Positions 39,653 through 49,192 of a DNA stretch of 64,000 nt are shown in pieces. The DNA comes from an uncultured Chloroflexia bacterium (GTDB lineage Bacteria; Chloroflexota; Limnocylindria; Limnocylindrales; CSP1-4). The translations under genes and the position numbers were made by a program. The notes under the pieces are model-generated. The model was not told the DNA's origin. It searched no databases and saw only the letters and a list, made by a program, of their open reading frames with translations. Numbering within the stretch: the stretch's first letter is position 1; every line of letters begins with the position of its first letter. Where the stretch lies: contig CAWFXA010000002.1 in the NCBI GenBank assembly GCA_963819655.1, positions 928,001 to 992,000 on the forward strand, given 5' to 3'.

Positions 39653-40639
39653 ATGAAAGCCGTTCGACGCCCATCCCTCGTCCCGGCCCTCGCGCTGGCC
39701 GGCCTGCTCGTCGCGACCGCGGCGTGCACGTCGTCCGGCAGTCTCGGGCAAGTCCCGAGCGTGCCGCCGACCACGGCTCCGTCGATCGACGCGGGTCCGC
39801 CCGACGCGACACCGGCGCCCTCGACCCCGCCATCGCCGTCCGGGCAGCCCTCGAGCGGGCCCCCCGCGTCGCCGAGCGGATCACCGTCGCCGTCGGTGCC
39901 GATCGAGAGGATGGTCATCCGCGCCTACTACGTGCTCGACGGCGACCCCGGCGTCGAAGGCATCGTGCCGACTCTCCGGGTGGTGCCGAAGACCAGCGGC
40001 GTGGCGCGCGCCGCCATGGAGGCGCTGCTCGACGCCGACGCGATCATCGGCCAGTACTCGCAGCTGTCGACCGCGGTCCCGGATGGGACGTCGCTCCTCG
40101 GCATCTCGATCAAGGACGGTGTCGCGACCGTCGACCTGTCGCGCGAGTTCGAGTCGGGCGGCGGCAGCGCATCGTCGACATACCGTCTCGGCCAGGTCGT
40201 CTACACGCTGACCCAGTTCTCGACGGTCCGCGCGGTCCTGTTCCAGATCGAGGGTCGGACCGTGACGACGTTCGGGCCCGAGGGCATCCAGCTCGACGGC
40301 CCGCAGGGCCGCGCCGACTTCGAGCAGCAGCTCCCATCGACCTTCGTCGATCGGCCGGCGTTCGGTGCGGCGGCCGGGAATCCGGCACGGGTCACGGGCA
40401 GCTCGAACGTCTTCGAGGCGACGTTCCGGGTCGCGATCCTCGATGCGTCGCGCAAGGTGCTCGTCGATCAGATGGCGATGGCCACGTGCGGCACCGGCTG
40501 TCGCGGCACGTTCGACGTCACGCTGCGGTACGACGTTCCGAAGGCCCAATGGGGAACGCTCCGGACGTACTTCGGGTCGGCCCAGGACGGCAGCCCGCAG
40601 GACATCCGCGACTACCCGGTCTGGTTGATCCCCGCATAG
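39653..40639 (+). CDS. GerMN-domain lipoprotein with Ig-like (Gmad2-type) C-terminus
   Basis: Lipobox TAAC; Pro/Ser linker; ATVDLS.EF..GGGS...QVVYTLTQF; G.SNVFEA. Confidence 0.85.
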   Translation: MKAVRRPSLVPALALAGLLVATAACTSSGSLGQVPSVPPTTAPSIDAGPPDATPAPSTPPSPSGQPSSGPPASPSGSPSPSVPIERMVIRAYYVLDGDPGVEGIVPTLRVVPKTSGVARAAMEALLDADAIIGQYSQLSTAVPDGTSLLGISIKDGVATVDLSREFESGGGSASSTYRLGQVVYTLTQFSTVRAVLFQIEGRTVTTFGPEGIQLDGPQGRADFEQQLPSTFVDRPAFGAAAGNPARVTGSSNVFEATFRVAILDASRKVLVDQMAMATCGTGCRGTFDVTLRYDVPKAQWGTLRTYFGSAQDGSPQDIRDYPVWLIPA

Positions 40640-40731
40640 ACCTCGATCATCGGGCCCGGCGGAACGGCCATAGCCGCTTCGTCGGGCTCTTTGTTATCAT
40701 CCGCAGGCTCTGTCAAACGAGCACTTTCAGT

Positions 40732-40810
<79 letters not shown>

Positions 40811-40938
40811 CTCACCAATCTTGCTTTCGAGCTCGATCACAGGCGGCAGCGTCGCGCTCGGCGGTGCTGGTGACGATCCCGTGGCGCCAGTTCGACCACA
40901 TGACTCACACCGGCGACGTGGCGAGGGCCTCATAGGCC

Positions 40939-41592
40939 ATGCGTGACGTGGCCGAGATCCAGCTCACCCGGGTCAAGGCCCACCTCATCCTCGAGCCCGA
41001 GCTGTCGCTGATCGACTGCGGCTATGCCGGCTCGGAGCGGCGGATCGCGCGCGCCATCACCGCCCACGGTCGCGACCCCGCGGAGCTTCGGCGCGTCGTC
41101 ATCACCCACGGCCACCCGGACCACGCGGGCAGCGCGCGCGCGCTGGCCGGGGCCGCCGTGAGCATCCTCATCCACCCCGCCGACGGGGCGAACCTGCGCA
41201 TCACCTGGCAGGACGTCGTTGCCCGCCCCACCCGTGGTCGCGTCTTCTCCGCCATGACGCCCGAACCGCCATCGTTCCAGCCGATCGAGGACGGCGACGT
41301 CCTGCCGATGCTGGGCGGACTCCGCGTGATCCACACGCCCGGCCACACCCCCGGCAGCGTGTGCCTGTATGGGGCGCGGGACCGGGTGCTGTTCGTCGGT
41401 GACACGCTGCAGCGGCGGTTCGGGCGCGTCTCGTTCGCGAGCGGCCTGTACAGCGACGACCAGGCGGCGGCACGGCGGGCCGTGAAACGCCTCACCGAGC
41501 TGGACGTCGAACGGATAGTGTTCAGCCACTTCGCGGCGCTCGAGGAGGGCGCGGCGGAGGTCCTCGCCGGGCTGGCGAGCCGCGTCGGCTGA
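40939..41592 (+). CDS. MBL-fold metallo-hydrolase
   Basis: LIDCG, THGHPDHAG, HTPGHTPG, GD, FSH. Confidence 0.9.
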   Translation: MRDVAEIQLTRVKAHLILEPELSLIDCGYAGSERRIARAITAHGRDPAELRRVVITHGHPDHAGSARALAGAAVSILIHPADGANLRITWQDVVARPTRGRVFSAMTPEPPSFQPIEDGDVLPMLGGLRVIHTPGHTPGSVCLYGARDRVLFVGDTLQRRFGRVSFASGLYSDDQAAARRAVKRLTELDVERIVFSHFAALEEGAAEVLAGLASRVG

Positions 41593-41631
41593 CCGCGCGC
41601 CGCCAACCGCACTCGGGAAGGGCGCCCATCC

Positions 41632-44133
41632 ATGGAGACACTCGTCGACCTAGTCAGGGCAGGGGCGGAGCGTTTCGATCGCCGGCCGGCACTGCTGATC
41701 CGGCCCTTCTTCCGGACGCGCACTTGGCGCTACCGCGACCTCGCCTGGATCGTGCCCCGGGCCGCCCGGGTCCTCCGCGAGGCGGGCGTCGGCGAGGGCG
41801 ATCGAGTCATCGTGTGGGCCGTCAATCGACCTGAGTGGGGGATCGCGTTCTTCTCGATCGCCCACCTCGGCGCCGTATCCGTACCCCTCGATGTCCGCCA
41901 CACCGTCGACTTCGGGCGAAAGATCGTCGGCCAGACCGATGCGAAGCTCGTCATCGCCAGCCGCCAGACCGAGGCGTCGGCGCGAGAGCTCGGGCTGCCG
42001 ATCGTGTTCGTCGAGAGCCTTCCCGACGCCGCCCGGCGGGCCCAGCCGGTCGATCCGGCCCAGGTGAAGAGCGACACCCTCGCGGAGATCGTGTTCACGA
42101 GCGGCACGACGGGCGAGCCGAAGGGCGCGATGCTCAGCCACGGCAACCTGATGGCCAGCGCGACGACGATGACGAAGGTGCTGTCGTTCGGCGTCAAGGA
42201 TCGCCTGCTGTCGGTGCTCCCGCTGTCGCACCTGTACGAACAGGTCCTGGGGTTCATGGCGCCGCTGACCGTGGGCGCGAGCGTGGTCTACCCGGTGAGC
42301 CGCCAGCCCGCGGTGCTGATCCGGACGTTCCGGGACTTCAAGGTGACGGTCCTGCTGATCGTGCCGCAGGGGCTGCGCCTGCTGAATGGCGCGATCGAGC
42401 GACGGGTGGATCAGGCGGGCCGGCGGTCGACCTTCGAGCGGCTGCACGCCATCGCGCGGCGCATGCCGAAGCCGATCAAGCGCCTTCTGTTCCGATCCGT
42501 CCTCAAGGAGTTCGGCGGCCGGCTGCACACCATCGGCGTGGGCGCCTCGGCCCTCGACACCGACATCGCGCGCCGCTGGACCGATATGGGCGTGGACGTC
42601 CTCCAGGGCTACGGCGCGACCGAGATGGGTCCCGTCGTGAGCTTCACCCGCCCGAACCGGAACGTGCTCGGGACGGTCGGCGAGCCCATCCCCGGGGTCG
42701 AGGCCCGGATCGCGGAGGACGGCGAGATCCTCGCCCGCGGCCCCGGCCGCTTCGCCGGCTACTGGAAGAACCCCGAGGCGACAGCCGCCGCGATCGACGG
42801 GGAGGGCTGGTACCACACGGGCGACCTCGGGGCGTTCACGAAGGACGGGATGCTCACGTTCCGTGGCCGGAAGAAAGACATGCTCGCGTTGCCTGACGGG
42901 CAGAAGGTCTATGCCGAGGACGTCGAGGCGGTGCTGAAGGACGACGGGCGGGTCAAGGACGCAGCGATCGTCGGCTGGCCGCTTGGTGCGGGGCTCAGGG
43001 TCCACGCGGTCCTGCTGCTCGACGACCCGTCCCTCGTGGACTCGGTCGTCAAGGACGCCAACACGAGGCTGGCGCCGCATCAGCACATCCGCGGCTCGAC
43101 CGTGTGGCCGGAGCCTGACCTGCCGCGCACCCACACCTTGAAAGTGCGGAAGCCGGACATCCTCGCTGGCCTCGAGGACCTCGAGCGCCCCGCGACGGCG
43201 CCGCTCCCGGCGGCGGCGTCCAAGCTGAAGGCCGACCCGCTCGACGCGGCCGTCGATCCGATCACGGTCATCGTCGCGGGTCTCGCGGGCGTCGAGGCAT
43301 CCACGATCCGGCCGTCGGCGCGCCTGTCGACGGACCTGGACCTCGACTCGCTCCAGCGGGTGGAGCTGCTCGGCGTCATCGAGGAGGAGACGGGCGTGTT
43401 CGTGGACGACGACGCGCTCCAGCCGGACACGACCGTCGGCGAGCTGATCGGCCTAGTGGAGGAGGCACGCGGCGCGAAGCGCGTCGTTGGCGCGTGGCGC
43501 TGGCCGCTGTCACCGTTCGTCCGCGCGATCGGCCTGGCGCTGCAGGTCCTCCTGATCTACCCGTTCGTCCATGTCTTCTACAAGATCAGGGTCACCGGGC
43601 TGGAGCGATTGGATCCCGATAACGGACCGTTCCTCCTCACGCCCAATCACTGCCTTCACCTCGACAACGGGATCATCCTCAGCCGCCTGCCGCTGGGACT
43701 CCGTTGGAAGCTCTCGGTGGCCGCGGCGGCGGACACCATCTACGACAACCCGATCCGGGGAATCCTCGCCTCCGTCCTGGCGAATGCCTTCCCGCTCCAG
43801 CGCGAGGGCGGCGTGCGCAAGAGCCTCGAGCTTCTCGGCTCCAGGATGGACAAGGGCTACAACATCCTGATCTACCCCGAGGGCAAGCTCACCGTGGGTG
43901 GCCCGCTGCAGCCGTTCAAGGCCGGTGCGGGGCTGGTCGCGGTCGAGGGCGGGTCGCCGATCGTGCCGGTCAAGCTGAAGATCAACCGCATGTCGATCAT
44001 CGACAAGCGACGCCTGCCGGCCGCCCTCCGCGGCGACGTCGAGCTCGTCATCGGCGAGCCGATCTGGTTCGATTCGACGATGGACCATAACGCCGCGACC
44101 ACCCGGCTCGAGGCCGCCGTCGCGGCACTCTGA
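41632..44133 (+). CDS. acyl-AMP ligase / ACP / PlsC-type acyltransferase fusion
   Basis: FTSGTTGEPKG, QGYGATE, TGD, GRKK; carrier motif LDLDSL; NHCLHLD (HX4D) and YPEG. Confidence 0.9.
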   Translation: METLVDLVRAGAERFDRRPALLIRPFFRTRTWRYRDLAWIVPRAARVLREAGVGEGDRVIVWAVNRPEWGIAFFSIAHLGAVSVPLDVRHTVDFGRKIVGQTDAKLVIASRQTEASARELGLPIVFVESLPDAARRAQPVDPAQVKSDTLAEIVFTSGTTGEPKGAMLSHGNLMASATTMTKVLSFGVKDRLLSVLPLSHLYEQVLGFMAPLTVGASVVYPVSRQPAVLIRTFRDFKVTVLLIVPQGLRLLNGAIERRVDQAGRRSTFERLHAIARRMPKPIKRLLFRSVLKEFGGRLHTIGVGASALDTDIARRWTDMGVDVLQGYGATEMGPVVSFTRPNRNVLGTVGEPIPGVEARIAEDGEILARGPGRFAGYWKNPEATAAAIDGEGWYHTGDLGAFTKDGMLTFRGRKKDMLALPDGQKVYAEDVEAVLKDDGRVKDAAIVGWPLGAGLRVHAVLLLDDPSLVDSVVKDANTRLAPHQHIRGSTVWPEPDLPRTHTLKVRKPDILAGLEDLERPATAPLPAAASKLKADPLDAAVDPITVIVAGLAGVEASTIRPSARLSTDLDLDSLQRVELLGVIEEETGVFVDDDALQPDTTVGELIGLVEEARGAKRVVGAWRWPLSPFVRAIGLALQVLLIYPFVHVFYKIRVTGLERLDPDNGPFLLTPNHCLHLDNGIILSRLPLGLRWKLSVAAAADTIYDNPIRGILASVLANAFPLQREGGVRKSLELLGSRMDKGYNILIYPEGKLTVGGPLQPFKAGAGLVAVEGGSPIVPVKLKINRMSIIDKRRLPAALRGDVELVIGEPIWFDSTMDHNAATTRLEAAVAAL

Positions 44134-44812
44134 AGTTCGCGACGCGAGGTTCCGAAACGACCATGGGCATGAGCACCGTCGGCATCGAGCCAGTTGGAGG
44201 CTACCCGACGGATGCACTGCCGATGGGGCGAGCGACGATCACGTCGTGGCGATATTTAACCAGTGACTGCTCCGTGGACGGACCGGCCTCGCCCTCGACG
44301 TGCCTCCGACCGGGTCCCTATTCCCGACGTAAGCGCCAGGCGAACAGCGCAGCCCTCTGTCCCAGACCGTTGAAGTCGGACCACCGCGGGCCCAGGCGTC
44401 CCCCGAAGGGCCGGGCAGTGGAACCCCCTGGCGTCATGTGACGCTCGGCCAGCTCATCACCGCTGGCCTGGTCCGCGTTCACTCGACATCGAGCACCGCT
44501 ATCGCGGCACCCACCTCGCCGCACGGATTGAGCATGCCACCCGAATTCGTGTTCGAAGAAGCGCTTACGACTCGCTCTCTACGGCCGGCGGGGTGGCGCG
44601 GAAGTCGATTAGCGGGTCCCCTCCGGGACGGGACTATCCGCAAAACGAACGGCTGGACTTCTGGCAGTTCCGGCGTCCCGACGGGACCTTGGGTGTACTC
44701 GATGACCCACGGCGCGAGTTCCACGAACGGAAGGTCGTGAGCCTCGTCGATGGCCGTCGTGGCAGAGGCGTAACACGGGCGATCCTGACCGAGGTCTGCA
44801 GGGCGCGACAAT

Positions 44813-45172
44813 ATGCTGGTGAAGGCACAGCTGGTCGCGTTCGGAGACCTGCGGATCGAGGGCAAGCGGTACGAACGCGACGTGGTGATCGAGGCCGGCC
44901 GAATCCGCCGACGGCGGAAAGGCCCCTCCAAGGCGCGACGCGGTGAGTTCGGGCACACACCGTTCACCAGCGCCGAGGACATTCCCTGGGGTGGTCGGCG
45001 GCTCATCGTCGGGACGGGCGCCGATGCCGCCCTCCCGATCAGCCCTGATGTCTACGCTGAGGCGGACCGACGCGGGATCCGCATCACGGCGTTGCCGACG
45101 CGTGATGCCTGCCGCCTACTCGCGAAGCTGGACGCGACTGAGGTCTACGCGGTCCTCCACGTCACCTGTTGA
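44813..45172 (+). CDS. Mth938-like domain protein
   Basis: FG...IEGKRYERDVVI, LIVGTG, LPTRDAC, LHVTC. Confidence 0.8.
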   Translation: MLVKAQLVAFGDLRIEGKRYERDVVIEAGRIRRRRKGPSKARRGEFGHTPFTSAEDIPWGGRRLIVGTGADAALPISPDVYAEADRRGIRITALPTRDACRLLAKLDATEVYAVLHVTC

Positions 45173-45651
45173 GGCCGGTACGGGTGGGCCAATCCTGTTG
45201 CACCTCTGTATTGGAACCTCAGAGGGTCTTGGAGCTTGAGGCGGCCCGCGGACTCGCCCTGGCACACGACGATGAAGACCCGGGGTCAGGAGAGTCCCTA
45301 TCGGAAGCACCCTCAGAGTCGCTTGTCATCCTTGCACTCTCAATTCCGACGTCTGTGGGTGACGTACGACACTGCTCTCGTCACGATCCGGGATGCTCTG
45401 CTCGTGATCCTGTAGAGGGACGCTCGTCCATTGTGTGGCACGTTGGGCACGACAACATGGGTTCATCGAGTTGGGGATTCTGACACCGCAATACACGGCG
45501 CCGGTCCGCCCGGACCGGCGATCAGGCTCGCCGCAAGCCGCGGCGACGATGAGGTGCGGTCGGCGGCGAGTCGGCACGGCGTCAGGCTCGTGCCCGCAAC
45601 AGCTGGCGCTCCCGAACGTCTCCACTGGTAAACCATCCAGATGGACATGAG

Positions 45652-46320
45652 ATGCACTCGTCGCACTCACGACTCGCAACCACGATCAGCGTCGGCCTGC
45701 TCATCGCGGCCGCCTGCACGTCAGCTTCAACCCCGGCGCCGGACGTGACACCAACGGCGTCGCCGTCGATCACCATCACCCCGGCGGCCGCGAGCCCGAC
45801 AGCGGCGGCGACCCCGGCGAGCCCGAGCCCGTCAGCGACCCCTCAGCCCACCCCAGAGCCCACGCCAGTCCCCGTGCCACCGAAGCCCACCGGGGTGAGC
45901 TTCGACGAGCAGATACGCGTGAGCGACGACGAATCAGTCTTGGAGATCACCCAGACGGTCACGTGGGGAGCGCCGTGGAGCGAGGGCGTCGAGATCCGGG
46001 TCTACGGCGTGACCGACTGCATCGCCGAGCCCGCCGACCCGCCCCCGGGCACCAGTGGGCCATGCCTTGTCGTGCACACCCCCCTGCCGGCGTCGGTCCG
46101 CACGCTGCTCGCGACGGTACCGGCGTCCGACGGCGTTGTGAGCTGGACGTGGACGCAGGAATCCGGTGACTGCGACATCGGTTACCCGGCCCACGACCGC
46201 GACGGACCCGTATACCGCGCGGTCGTGCTGGCCGCCTACAGCGCGTCGGATCACTCGATCTTTGCCATCGCAGAGCCTGGCGGATGGTGGCGAGCGGGTC
46301 TTGGCGACATAGTCTGCTGA
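45652..46320 (+). CDS. hypothetical lipoprotein
   Basis: Lipobox IAAAC, long Pro/Thr/Ser linker, Cys-containing beta-rich domain. Confidence 0.65.
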   Translation: MHSSHSRLATTISVGLLIAAACTSASTPAPDVTPTASPSITITPAAASPTAAATPASPSPSATPQPTPEPTPVPVPPKPTGVSFDEQIRVSDDESVLEITQTVTWGAPWSEGVEIRVYGVTDCIAEPADPPPGTSGPCLVVHTPLPASVRTLLATVPASDGVVSWTWTQESGDCDIGYPAHDRDGPVYRAVVLAAYSASDHSIFAIAEPGGWWRAGLGDIVC

Positions 46321-46477
46321 GACCTCCTGCGCTACATCCTGTGCCTTGCTGTGGAAACGGGAGAAGCACAAGGACTCCAGCGGTCGACCCGTCGTGACCG
46401 GATGAGCACCGCCAAGCGGCATCCCAACGCATTGGCAACTGGCCACTCCGCCGGCGTCGCGGCCGCCCTGCGGTGCC

Positions 46478-46927
46478 CTACAGGGCGTTCGACTCCATCA
46501 TTGCCTTGAGATTGTTGACGTCCCGCTGAAAGGCGCGCTGAAAGACGGCCATGAGCGGCCGGCCGAATGGCTTCAAGACTCCACCGGGTTCCATCTCCCA
46601 GCGCCAGTCGACGCGCGTGCCGCCGGCGACCGACGTCAACGTGTACTTCGTCCGTCCGCTTCCTCCCCATGACGCGCTGATCAGCCGGAGCGCGAGCATC
46701 CTATTCGGCTCGAGTTCAGTGACCTCCATCACGCTCTCCATGGTCCCGCCGAAGAAGCCCTTCACCACGGCTCGCCGGCGGCTGCCCACGCCGGGTGGCC
46801 CCGGAGTGAGAAGCTCGCCTTTGATCGCGTTGGCCGCCCACCTCGGCGACAGGGTTGGATCGGTCAGGACCCCGAACACGTCCTCCACGGGACGCGCGAT
46901 CGTGACGCTGACATCCGCATTCGCCAT
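46478..46927 (-). CDS. SRPBCC (polyketide cyclase/dehydrase-like) protein
   Basis: SVTIARPVEDVF...PRW, VTELEPNR, GGTRV, NLKAMME. Confidence 0.85.
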   Translation of the reverse strand: MANADVSVTIARPVEDVFGVLTDPTLSPRWAANAIKGELLTPGPPGVGSRRRAVVKGFFGGTMESVMEVTELEPNRMLALRLISASWGGSGRTKYTLTSVAGGTRVDWRWEMEPGGVLKPFGRPLMAVFQRAFQRDVNNLKAMMESNAL

Positions 46928-47072
46928 CTCGAGCAGTCCTCTCGGTGGGCCGGCCGTGTAGTAGGCCGTCGCAGACTGAACCTTGCCTTGCGCCGAATTC
47001 GGTCGCTGGCCCGACAGGCCAAAGCGTATGGGTCTTGCGCATGAACATGGCATTCGCGCTGAAGGGTTTCGC

Positions 47073-47250
47073 TCAGGGATCCAGGCTGCCAGGATGCAGC
47101 CGCACGGCGCCAGCATCACCATCGACGGTCACCTGCTGACCGTCGCAGAGGACGGCCGTACCGTTGCCCGTCGCGACAACCGCCGGGACGCCGTACTCCC
47201 GCGCGATTATCGCCGGGTGCGAGAGGATCCCGCCGCAAGACCACGCGGTC
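47073..47250 (-). pseudogene. C-terminal fragment of a PEP-utilising phospho-His swivel domain (PEP synthase / rifamycin phosphotransferase family)
   Basis: GGILSHPAIIAREYGVPAVVATGNGT..L.DGQQVTVDG..G.V. The 5' part is missing and the break abuts site A. Confidence 0.8.
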
Positions 47251-47277
47251 TGGCCACGATTCACTCATCGTGTCGGT
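47250..47277 (+). repeat. palindromic site A
   Basis: ctGGCCACGA-TTCACTCA-TCGTGTCGGt. Confidence 0.8.
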
Positions 47278-47300
47278 CCGCGGACGGTATGTCGTGAGGT

Positions 47301-47507
47301 GTGGCCACAAACTGGTCGCGGATGACAGCAGCGGAAGTGGTGATCCTTCTTGCCGTTCAGGGCGCCACGATCTTTGCGCTTCCTTACCTCGTGCCTTCGG
47401 GGGACGGACCCACCAGGCTAGCTCTATTCGGGTTCGCTAACGTCGCCGCCTTTGCGCTGATCGGAGTTGTCAGACTCATGAAGCGGAAGCGCCTGTCGGG
47501 GCCGTAG
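47301..47507 (+). CDS. small two-TM protein (between sites A and B)
   Basis: GAGG just upstream; two hydrophobic helices and a basic tail. Start may be ATG 47322. Confidence 0.6.
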   Translation: MATNWSRMTAAEVVILLAVQGATIFALPYLVPSGDGPTRLALFGFANVAAFALIGVVRLMKRKRLSGP

Positions 47508-47547
47508 ACCCGTCGTCGGGTCGCACCTCCGTGGATCGCGGTCCTCG

Positions 47548-47575
47548 CGGCACACAATTCACTCATAGTGAGACA
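47548..47575 (+). repeat. palindromic site B
   Basis: cgGCACACAA-TTCACTCA-TAGTGAGACa. Confidence 0.75.
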
Positions 47576-47715
47576 GATATGGGTGGCATGGCCCAGACCA
47601 CTGCCCAAACTCCCACTTTGCCTATCTGAGCGCCGTGTGCGTCGCCAGGATGGTCGCACGGGCGATTGGCGCTAGCCCAGCCGCCATGAGGCACGCCAGC
47701 GGGATACTTGGCCGG

Positions 47716-48438
47716 ATGAGCACGCCACAGAAGGCGCACGTGCCAGGGAGTCGCGAGTACCTGGCCGATCTTCTGAACCGTTGGCGGGACGGTGCGATCG
47801 CGCCGCGGGATGTATTCGCCGAGGCCAGGACACTGTGGCTGTCTCGCCGATGGCCCAAGCACCACGAGCCGGGCTACGACGCGGTCGGACAAGAGGTCCT
47901 GTACTTCTTGGCCGACGCCCGCGACTTGGGCCTCATGCACGACGACATCCCAGCGCTCCTGGAGTACCTGCGCACACCTCGTTCGCGGTACGACCAGGTC
48001 CAGCAACGGTTCTCCGCCTATGTGGAGGGTGTCGACTGGGAACAGCGTGAAACCCTACAGCAAGACGACGGCTATTACGGGCCGCTGTCTCCGGATGCCG
48101 AGGACGAGCGGCATGAGATCACGTTGTCGGACCCCGACGAGCGCCGGCTTCACCGCGGAGTGCGGCTCGCGCCTGAGACCGTCTGGACTGAGGTCCGAGC
48201 CAAGTTGTGTGACCCATCCCCGAGGGACCACGAGCTCCTGGTCGACCTCGTGGAGGACCTCATGTACCGCCATGCCGACGAGTTCATCGACCGCTTGGAG
48301 GCGGTGGCCGACGAATGCCCGGCGTCACACGAACTGCTGACAACGCCTCATCTCGGCGGCATCGCAACCACCGAAGCCGCCGAACGCTTCTGGAACCTGC
48401 AGGATCGGCTCCACCAAATGGGTGACCACCATGAATGA
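47716..48438 (+). CDS. hypothetical acidic helical protein (between sites B and C)
   Basis: 240-aa ORF with typical coding bias. GATACT 7 nt before the ATG. Confidence 0.7.
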   Translation: MSTPQKAHVPGSREYLADLLNRWRDGAIAPRDVFAEARTLWLSRRWPKHHEPGYDAVGQEVLYFLADARDLGLMHDDIPALLEYLRTPRSRYDQVQQRFSAYVEGVDWEQRETLQQDDGYYGPLSPDAEDERHEITLSDPDERRLHRGVRLAPETVWTEVRAKLCDPSPRDHELLVDLVEDLMYRHADEFIDRLEAVADECPASHELLTTPHLGGIATTEAAERFWNLQDRLHQMGDHHE

Positions 48439-48504
48439 CCATGTCCATTCGATGGCCGGGCCTGCCGATGTAAGTGCTGGTAGGCGATCGCGTCTCGTCC
48501 ACGG

Positions 48505-48532
48505 AAGCACACGATCCGCTCATCGTGTCGGT
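48505..48532 (+). repeat. palindromic site C
   Basis: aaGCACACGA-TCCGCTCA-TCGTGTCGGt. Confidence 0.8.
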
Positions 48533-48574
48533 GGGATGCACCCCGGTCGGCTCGGACCGACTGACCGCAAGCGC

Positions 48575-48606
48575 AGCGGGATCGAAAGGTCCGGGACCGC
48601 TGCCGG
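48575..48606 (+). repeat. dispersed intergenic repeat, copy 2 (copy 1 at 1792-1822)
   Basis: Two 12-nt exact blocks plus GCCGG are shared with copy 1. Confidence 0.7.
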
Positions 48607-48678
48607 GCTCGTGTCAGATTAGCCATCGGGACTTAGCTGCGGCCCAGGCTGGCTGGTACGCGTCCATAGGAGGGCAAC

Positions 48679-49068
48679 ATGTCTGATCCGGTCGTCTTCA
48701 TCAGCCACTTTCGAATCAAGCAAGGCAAGGTCGATTCGCTACGGCGGGTGTCTATCGAGACGACCGACCGCCTTCGATCAGAGAAGCCACGGACGGTCCT
48801 CTTCCTCAGCTACGCCGACGAGGACCGGGGCGTTATGAGCTTTCTCCACGCCTTCGCTGACGCCGATGCGATGGACGCCCACTTCGAGGGTGCCGACGAG
48901 AGATCGCGGAGAGCGCTCGAGTTTCTTGAGCCTGTCGGTTGGGAGTTCTACGGGAAGCCGAGTGCCGCGGCGCTCGAATCGGTCCGACAAGCGGCTACGG
49001 TGTCCAGCGCGACGTTGACGGTGGAGCCGGAATACGTCGCGGGCTTCCTGCGCCTCTCGGCAGTCTGA
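48679..49068 (+). CDS. ABM-like dimeric alpha/beta-barrel protein (between sites C and D)
   Basis: AGGAGG RBS; FRIKQGK...EKPRT...HAFADADAMDAH...EFYG pattern. Confidence 0.7.
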   Translation: MSDPVVFISHFRIKQGKVDSLRRVSIETTDRLRSEKPRTVLFLSYADEDRGVMSFLHAFADADAMDAHFEGADERSRRALEFLEPVGWEFYGKPSAAALESVRQAATVSSATLTVEPEYVAGFLRLSAV

Positions 49069-49164
49069 GCTCGTAGACCCGCACTGCGACGCAAGCCTCC
49101 GAGAGGTCAGCGGTTGGAAATGGTCGGTCGAGGCGTCATGACGCCCCGCTCGCGTGCCGACTCC

Positions 49165-49192
49165 ACGCACACGATTTGCTCATTGTGTCGCG
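49165..49192 (+). repeat. palindromic site D
   Basis: acGCACACGA-TTTGCTCA-TTGTGTCGCg. Confidence 0.8.

Noticed and set aside
45361-45440. Half-matches to the A-D motif (TACGA...TCGTC; CATTGTGTGG)
   Set aside because: Only one arm or a shifted spacer matches; compatible with chance.
45751-45890. Repetitive low-complexity DNA
   Set aside because: It simply encodes the Pro/Thr/Ser/Ala linker of a lipoprotein; similar linkers occur at 20.05 kb and 39.8 kb.
47250-49192. Sites A-D as a CRISPR array or classical integron attC sites
   Set aside because: Intervals are 298-957 bp and contain whole genes. There are no cas genes, no RYYYAAC/GTTRRRY ends, no long attC hairpin and no intI in the window.
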